In this document: positions 59,162 through 64,000 of the stretch, piece after piece
How positions within the stretch are numbered: the stretch's first letter is position 1
How the letters are laid out: every line of letters starts with the position of its first letter
Origin: Methanomicrobiaceae archaeon
Lineage (GTDB): Archaea > Halobacteriota > Methanomicrobia > Methanomicrobiales > Methanoculleaceae
Length of the DNA: 64,000 nt
NCBI GenBank assembly: GCA_022837745.1
Contig: JALHIW010000005.1
Coordinates: 16,458 to 80,457, forward strand
Reading direction: 5' to 3'
The notes under the pieces: generated by a model
What the model was told of the DNA's origin: nothing
Databases searched by the model: none
What the model saw: only the letters and a program-made list of their open reading frames with translations
Made by a program: the position numbers and the translations under genes

Positions 59162-59825
59162 TAAAGGTTGTGATAGGGGACGGAGTGAGCAGGCAAAATC
59201 CTTTCATCATCAAGCTTATTCCGTCGCTTGAGGGGTTCAGACGAAGGGCTTTGTGGGGATGAAGACACTGGTTGCCAGCCAGGCTTCGCTCGATAATCGG
59301 CAGAGCCTGGCGCTCCGTTCAAGATCAATCTCCACCAGAAACCGGTCGAACTGCAGGCAGATGAAACAACGAACGACATATCAAGAGAATATGACGGCTC
59401 GGTAGTGCGGTGACGGTTCAACGCAATGCACAGAAAGGTTAAGAAGGGCGAAACCGACGTCTCCATCTGTGATACCACTGCTCAGGCGTATGCATTTAAC
59501 GGCGGTCTTACCCATTGTCACTGGCGGCGCTGTCCTCGGTGGTTTCGGTTTTACCTTGCCGTCACACGGCGGGACTGATCACGATATTCGCGGGGGTGAA
59601 CCTGCTCGGGATCTGAGATCGAGCCTCAATGCGAGTGTACTTTTGCAAGGAGAGCAGTCCATCAACGAGCACTACCGCGAGCAGCTCGTGAGCCTCAAAA
59701 GGGAAGGGGATCTCGGGGGCAGTCGCTTCCTCGAGGGGCTCCCCATCATCGGGGCGGCGAACGCCAAAGTGTGGGATCTCCGCAACCTTGCCGGGCAGTA
59801 ATCCATCGAGAAGAGCGAACGGATA

Positions 59826-60926
59826 TCAATCGGGGTGTACAACCCGTTTTCGCTGCGCTATCCGGTAGCCGGAGATGACCTGGAGAGAGTCCCCGACCTC
59901 ACGGTCAAGCTCCGGGTCCCCGGAATCGACGTATAGAAGAGGCGTTGCGGCAAGCTTTCCAGGTGTGGCTACCACGATCAGGTTCGATAACCCGGCCTTC
60001 CGGAGGACGGCCGGGCTGATCTGCTGATTTCCCCGGCCAAGGACGAACCCCTGGGCACCGATGGGGCTGAGGATGACCTTCGCCCGCGGGTGTTTGCCCA
60101 GAAGGGCAAGAAGAGTCCGCTCATCAGCGTTCCGGGCGAGGATCTCGCCGTTTCGGACAACGTCCACCCCGAGCAGCGTCTGGACAAGACCGAGCCGCTC
60201 CATGATACGCGCCGTCGTGCTCCCGGCGCCGATGATGTAGAGCGTCTCAGGGAGCATCACTTCGCTTATAAACGCCGCAATATCGTCCTTTGCCCGCTCC
60301 TCATCCTGCTGCTCAAAGACCTGTTTCCCGCCCTGGATCCGCTCCGGGATGAAGGGGACGCGGGCGTAGCCGTAGAGATGGGTGGTGAGACGGCCTGAGC
60401 GGTAGGCCTCCTCATCGACGTCCATCACCTCGGATTCGCGGCAGGGGATCTCGCCCGCCCGGCGGATGAGGTCGGCCGCGGCCGCCGGGTTGACCGCAAA
60501 GACCGCCGAGTACATCTTCACACCGGCCGGGATCCCCAGGATCGGAACCTCCCGGCCCACGGCATCCAGGACGTCCCGGGCCGTCCCGTCCCCGCCGCAG
60601 AAGAGGATCAGGTCGACCCCGGCCTCAAGAAACGCCCGGCAGGCTGCCCTTGTATCGGCGGCAGTGGTCGGGGCGGCGGGGTGGTGGAGAACGGTGCAGC
60701 GCTCGATCCCCGCCGACGCCAGGACATCCCGGCCCATCGGCGCCGCAGACGTGTACCACCGGATCTCCTCGCCGCGGAGTGAGGAGAGGGCCTGGAGCGC
60801 CCGGTCAGCAGCACGCGGAACCGCACCCCGCCGGATCGCCTCATCGACCTTGCCGTCCGTCCCCGCAAGGCCAACCGCCCCGCCCATCCCGGCAACCGGG
60901 TTTACCAGGAACCCTATACTCCGCAT
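59826..60926 (-). CDS. ATP-NAD kinase family protein
   Basis: NPVAGMGG, GGDGTARD, GIPAGVKMYS and LGRGNQQ motifs. Confidence 0.85.
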   Translation of the reverse strand: MRSIGFLVNPVAGMGGAVGLAGTDGKVDEAIRRGAVPRAADRALQALSSLRGEEIRWYTSAAPMGRDVLASAGIERCTVLHHPAAPTTAADTRAACRAFLEAGVDLILFCGGDGTARDVLDAVGREVPILGIPAGVKMYSAVFAVNPAAAADLIRRAGEIPCRESEVMDVDEEAYRSGRLTTHLYGYARVPFIPERIQGGKQVFEQQDEERAKDDIAAFISEVMLPETLYIIGAGSTTARIMERLGLVQTLLGVDVVRNGEILARNADERTLLALLGKHPRAKVILSPIGAQGFVLGRGNQQISPAVLRKAGLSNLIVVATPGKLAATPLLYVDSGDPELDREVGDSLQVISGYRIAQRKRVVHPD

Positions 60927-60956
60927 CATCCATGTAGTCTTTCGCGTCAGGGCATA

Positions 60957-61763
60957 TCAGGTTCGGGATGAGGATGAAAACCCATCCCGCAGGGAGACTA
61001 TAGCCGCCCGGAGCGCCTCGCACAACCGGGGCCCATCGTCCATATGCTCCTCTATCAGCCTGACGAGCGCACTCCCCACGATGACACCGTCCGCCCCCGC
61101 ATCCAGAACCGTCCTGACGTGCTCCGGGCGCGAGACCCCAAACCCGACGGCGAGCGGGAGATCGGTCTTCTCCCGCACCGCGCCGACCAGCCCGGCGAGA
61201 CCGGGCGGGAGGTGGTCGCGCTCGCCCGTCACCCCCTCAAGCGAGATGAGGTAGACAAACCCCGATGCCTCCCGGAGGATTGCATGCTGCCGCTCCGGCG
61301 AGGTCGTTGGGGCAATGAGGGCGATCCGGTCGATGCCGTATCTGGCGGCGTGAGGCGCGACCTCCTCTGACTCCTCGACGGGAAGGTCGACTATGAGGAG
61401 ACCGTCCGCGCCGGCGGCCGCGGCCTCGGAAAAGAACCGGTCGACTCCACGCCGGTAGACGATGTTGTAGTAGGTGAAGAGGACGAGGGGGAGATCGGGT
61501 GCATAATCCCGGAGCCTCCTGAGAAGGAGAAAGACATCTACAGGTCTGGTCCCGGCCCGCAGAGCGCGGTGGTGCGCCCGCTCGATCACCGGGCCGTCGG
61601 CAACGGGGTCGGAGTAAGGTACAGCGATCTCAAGCATATCCGCTCCCGCGTCGATCATGGCTGTTGCCGCAAAGAACGATCTCTCCATATCAGGGTCACC
61701 GGCAACGGTAAACCCGATGAAGACCGGGCCGCCCCTGGCAAAGACCCTCTCGATCCGGCTCAT
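60957..61763 (-). CDS. trpA: Tryptophan synthase alpha chain
   Basis: [16 protein letters not shown] and AVGFGVS motifs. Confidence 0.97.
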   Translation of the reverse strand: MSRIERVFARGGPVFIGFTVAGDPDMERSFFAATAMIDAGADMLEIAVPYSDPVADGPVIERAHHRALRAGTRPVDVFLLLRRLRDYAPDLPLVLFTYYNIVYRRGVDRFFSEAAAAGADGLLIVDLPVEESEEVAPHAARYGIDRIALIAPTTSPERQHAILREASGFVYLISLEGVTGERDHLPPGLAGLVGAVREKTDLPLAVGFGVSRPEHVRTVLDAGADGVIVGSALVRLIEEHMDDGPRLCEALRAAIVSLRDGFSSSSRT

Positions 61764-62935
61764 CCCAGACCTCCGTGATGCTTCGCGACCTCGACGACAT
61801 CCTTGTCACCCCTCCCCGAGAGGTTGATTACCAGGATCCCGTCACGGTCAAGTTCATCCGCCGCGCGGAGGGCAAAGGCGACGGCGTGGGCCGACTCGAG
61901 CGCCGGGATGATGCCCTCCGTGCGGGAGAGGCAGCGGAAGGCCTGGAGCGCTTCGGTATCGGTGGCCATCTCATACCTGATCCGGCCGGAATCCTTCAGC
62001 ATGGCGTGTTCCGGGCCGACGGCAGGATGGTCGAGCCCGGCGGCGATCGAGTGCGTCTCAAGGGTCTGGCCGTCGTCGTCCTGTAGCAGGTAGGAGAGAG
62101 AGCCCTGGAAGACCCCGACCGACCCCCGCGAGAGAGAAGCGCCGTGCCTGCAGGACTCCGGCCCCTCGCCGCCGGCCTCCACGCCCACGAGAGACACGTC
62201 GGCATCACCCACAAACGGGTAGAACATACCGATTGCGTTCGATCCACCGCCGACACAGGCAACTATCATGTCCGGGAGGCTTCCCTCCCGCTCAAGGATC
62301 TGCCGCCGCGTCTCCTCGCCGATGACCGACTGGAAGTCCCTGACGATCCGGGGGAATGGGTGCGGGCCGACACAGGAGCCGAGCAGATAGTGGGTGTCCC
62401 GGAGGTTTGCCACCCAGTCCCGCATCGCCGCGTTGATGGCGTCTTTGAGCGTCCGCGTCCCCGAGGTGACAGGGATGACCCTGGCGCCAAGGAGTTCCAT
62501 CCGAAAGACGTTTAGCGCCTGGCGCCTGGTATCCACCTCCCCCATGTAGACCTCCACGGGAAGCCCAAGGACTGCCCCCGCGATCGCGGTCGCGACACCG
62601 TGCTGCCCGGCGCCGGTCTCGGCGATGAGACGTCTCTTCCCCATGTACTTTGCCATGAGCCCCTGACCCAGGGTGTTGTTCAGTTTGTGCGCACCCCCAT
62701 GGAGGAGGTCCTCCCGTTTCAGGTAGACCCGGCAACCCAGGTCACGGGAGAGGTTCTCGCAGAATGTGAGCGGTGTCTCCCGGCCGGCGTACTCGTGAAG
62801 ATACCAGGAGAGTCGGCCGGAGAAATCCGGGTCATCCCGCACCCTGGTGTAGGTCTCCTCAAGTTCGATCAGCGCACTCATCAGCGTCTCGGGCACGTAC
62901 TGCCCGCCGTATATACCGTATCGTCCTGCTTTCAT
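61760..62935 (-). CDS. trpB: Tryptophan synthase beta chain
   Basis: GAHKLNN PLP lysine, ETGAGQHG and CVGGGSNA motifs. Confidence 0.98.
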   Translation of the reverse strand: MKAGRYGIYGGQYVPETLMSALIELEETYTRVRDDPDFSGRLSWYLHEYAGRETPLTFCENLSRDLGCRVYLKREDLLHGGAHKLNNTLGQGLMAKYMGKRRLIAETGAGQHGVATAIAGAVLGLPVEVYMGEVDTRRQALNVFRMELLGARVIPVTSGTRTLKDAINAAMRDWVANLRDTHYLLGSCVGPHPFPRIVRDFQSVIGEETRRQILEREGSLPDMIVACVGGGSNAIGMFYPFVGDADVSLVGVEAGGEGPESCRHGASLSRGSVGVFQGSLSYLLQDDDGQTLETHSIAAGLDHPAVGPEHAMLKDSGRIRYEMATDTEALQAFRCLSRTEGIIPALESAHAVAFALRAADELDRDGILVINLSGRGDKDVVEVAKHHGGLG

Positions 62936-63510
62936 GGATCCATCATCCTGCATGCCTTCACAAACGCACGCACAAGCCGCCCGTCCTTCAGACCCGGCAT
63001 CGCCTCGACACCTGAACAAACATCGACGGCATACGGCCGCACCGCCAGGACGGCCGCGGCCACGTTCCAGGGGTTCAGGCCGCCCGCCAGGATTACAGGG
63101 ACGCTGGAGGAGGCCACGCAACGCCGGGCATAACCGGGGTCGAACGCTCGCCCTCTGCCATGGCTTGCATCGATTATAACAGCGTCACAGTCGTCCCGCA
63201 GAGGATCGCCGGGAGCAAGCATCCGGATGACCCGGAGACCCGCACGGGAGGGCACCTCCAGGTCAGCCGGCACCTGGACCGCGTCCGGCCGTAAGGAGAG
63301 GATGGCCGGGAGGTCTTCCGGTCTTCCGGTCGATGTAACGGCGACGGTGGTCACAGAGGGCGGGACCGCCGCAAATATCTCACGCGCCTCTTCCGGCCTC
63401 ACAGACCTGGGGGAGGGGCTCGCAAGCACCACACCTATCGCGTCGGCACCGGCCTCAACGGCGGCGTGTGCGTCGCGAACGTTCGTCATCCCGCAGATCT
63501 TTACGCGAAT
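62932..63510 (-). CDS. trpF: Phosphoribosylanthranilate isomerase (apparent ATT start)
   Basis: The conserved RVKICG strand lies upstream of the first ATG; ILAGGLNP and VDVCSGVE motifs. Confidence 0.9.
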   Translation of the reverse strand: MRVKICGMTNVRDAHAAVEAGADAIGVVLASPSPRSVRPEEAREIFAAVPPSVTTVAVTSTGRPEDLPAILSLRPDAVQVPADLEVPSRAGLRVIRMLAPGDPLRDDCDAVIIDASHGRGRAFDPGYARRCVASSSVPVILAGGLNPWNVAAAVLAVRPYAVDVCSGVEAMPGLKDGRLVRAFVKACRMMDP

Positions 63511-64000
63511 ACAAACCCCTCCAACCGTTTCTGCCGATCTTTTGCCGACATCAGTGCCGAACCGATCAGGAAGGCGTCACAGTGCCGCGATAGACGCCTG
63601 ACATCGTAGGGCCAGGCGATCCCGCTCTCAGAGACCACGATCCTCCCGGCATCCCGGGCCGCCCCCGCCAGGCGGACGGTCGTCGAGAGATCGACCGTCA
63701 TCGTCTCCAGGTTGCGGTTGTTGATCCCGATCAGGTTTGCACCTGTCGCGAGAGCACGCTCCATCTCGCCCCGGTTGTGAACCTCAACAAGCGGCTCAAG
63801 CCCGATCTCAAGCGCCGCATCGACGAACGCGGAGAGCCGATCGCCGAGCAGACGGGCTATCAGGAGGACAGCGTCGGCGCCGAACGCCCGGGTCTCAGCG
63901 ACCTGGCGTTCGTCGATGATGAAGTCCTTGCGAAGGATGGGGAGGGAGACCGCACCACGCACCCGGGCAAGGTTCTCGAGACTCCCCCCGAAGTAGCTGG
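63501..64000 (-). CDS. trpC: Indole-3-glycerol phosphate synthase, 3' part (runs off right edge)
   Basis: LRKDFII, LVEVH, GINNRNL and VSESGI motifs. Confidence 0.95.
   Translation of the reverse strand, partial: SYFGGSLENLARVRGAVSLPILRKDFIIDERQVAETRAFGADAVLLIARLLGDRLSAFVDAALEIGLEPLVEVHNRGEMERALATGANLIGINNRNLETMTVDLSTTVRLAGAARDAGRIVVSESGIAWPYDVRRLSRHCDAFLIGSALMSAKDRQKRLEGFVFA

Noticed and set aside
59280-59801. ORF 59469..59801 and upstream broken frames
   Set aside because: No recognisable domain, weak start, and stops in neighbouring frames; possibly a gene remnant but unsupported

Overview
A GC-rich archaeal window from a hydrogenotrophic methanogen of the Methanomicrobiales (gene content and order are Methanoculleus-like; this is inference). 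Bases 1-44.7 kb are mostly core genes: fwdDBA divergent from an mcrC-less mcrBDGA operon, dinB, an HNH nuclease, two radical-SAM genes, an ABC exporter, a U32-family gene, tpiA, the archaeal aromatic-pathway operon, aMBF1, PAN, hypC/A/E, pyrC, dnaG and minD. In this copy mcrG carries an in-frame deletion of about 23 codons and mcrA a frameshifting deletion of about 61 nt. A 304-nt SRP-RNA-like fold with non-canonical cores follows mcrA. Bases 44.7-56.1 kb are a partly decayed accessory island of secreted proteins, membrane-anchored winged-helix regulators and toxin-antitoxin remnants. The strongest novel signal is in this island. A 5' leader of about 160 nt with compensatory base changes and an anti-Shine-Dalgarno switch precedes two secreted-protein genes, with a diverged third copy. 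An 18-bp operator sits exactly 7 nt upstream of three TATA boxes. The window ends with marR-lon, an NAD-kinase-family gene and trpC(partial)-F-B-A. No CRISPR array, rRNA, tRNA or intact transposase was seen. Family assignments are from motif recognition, not database searches.
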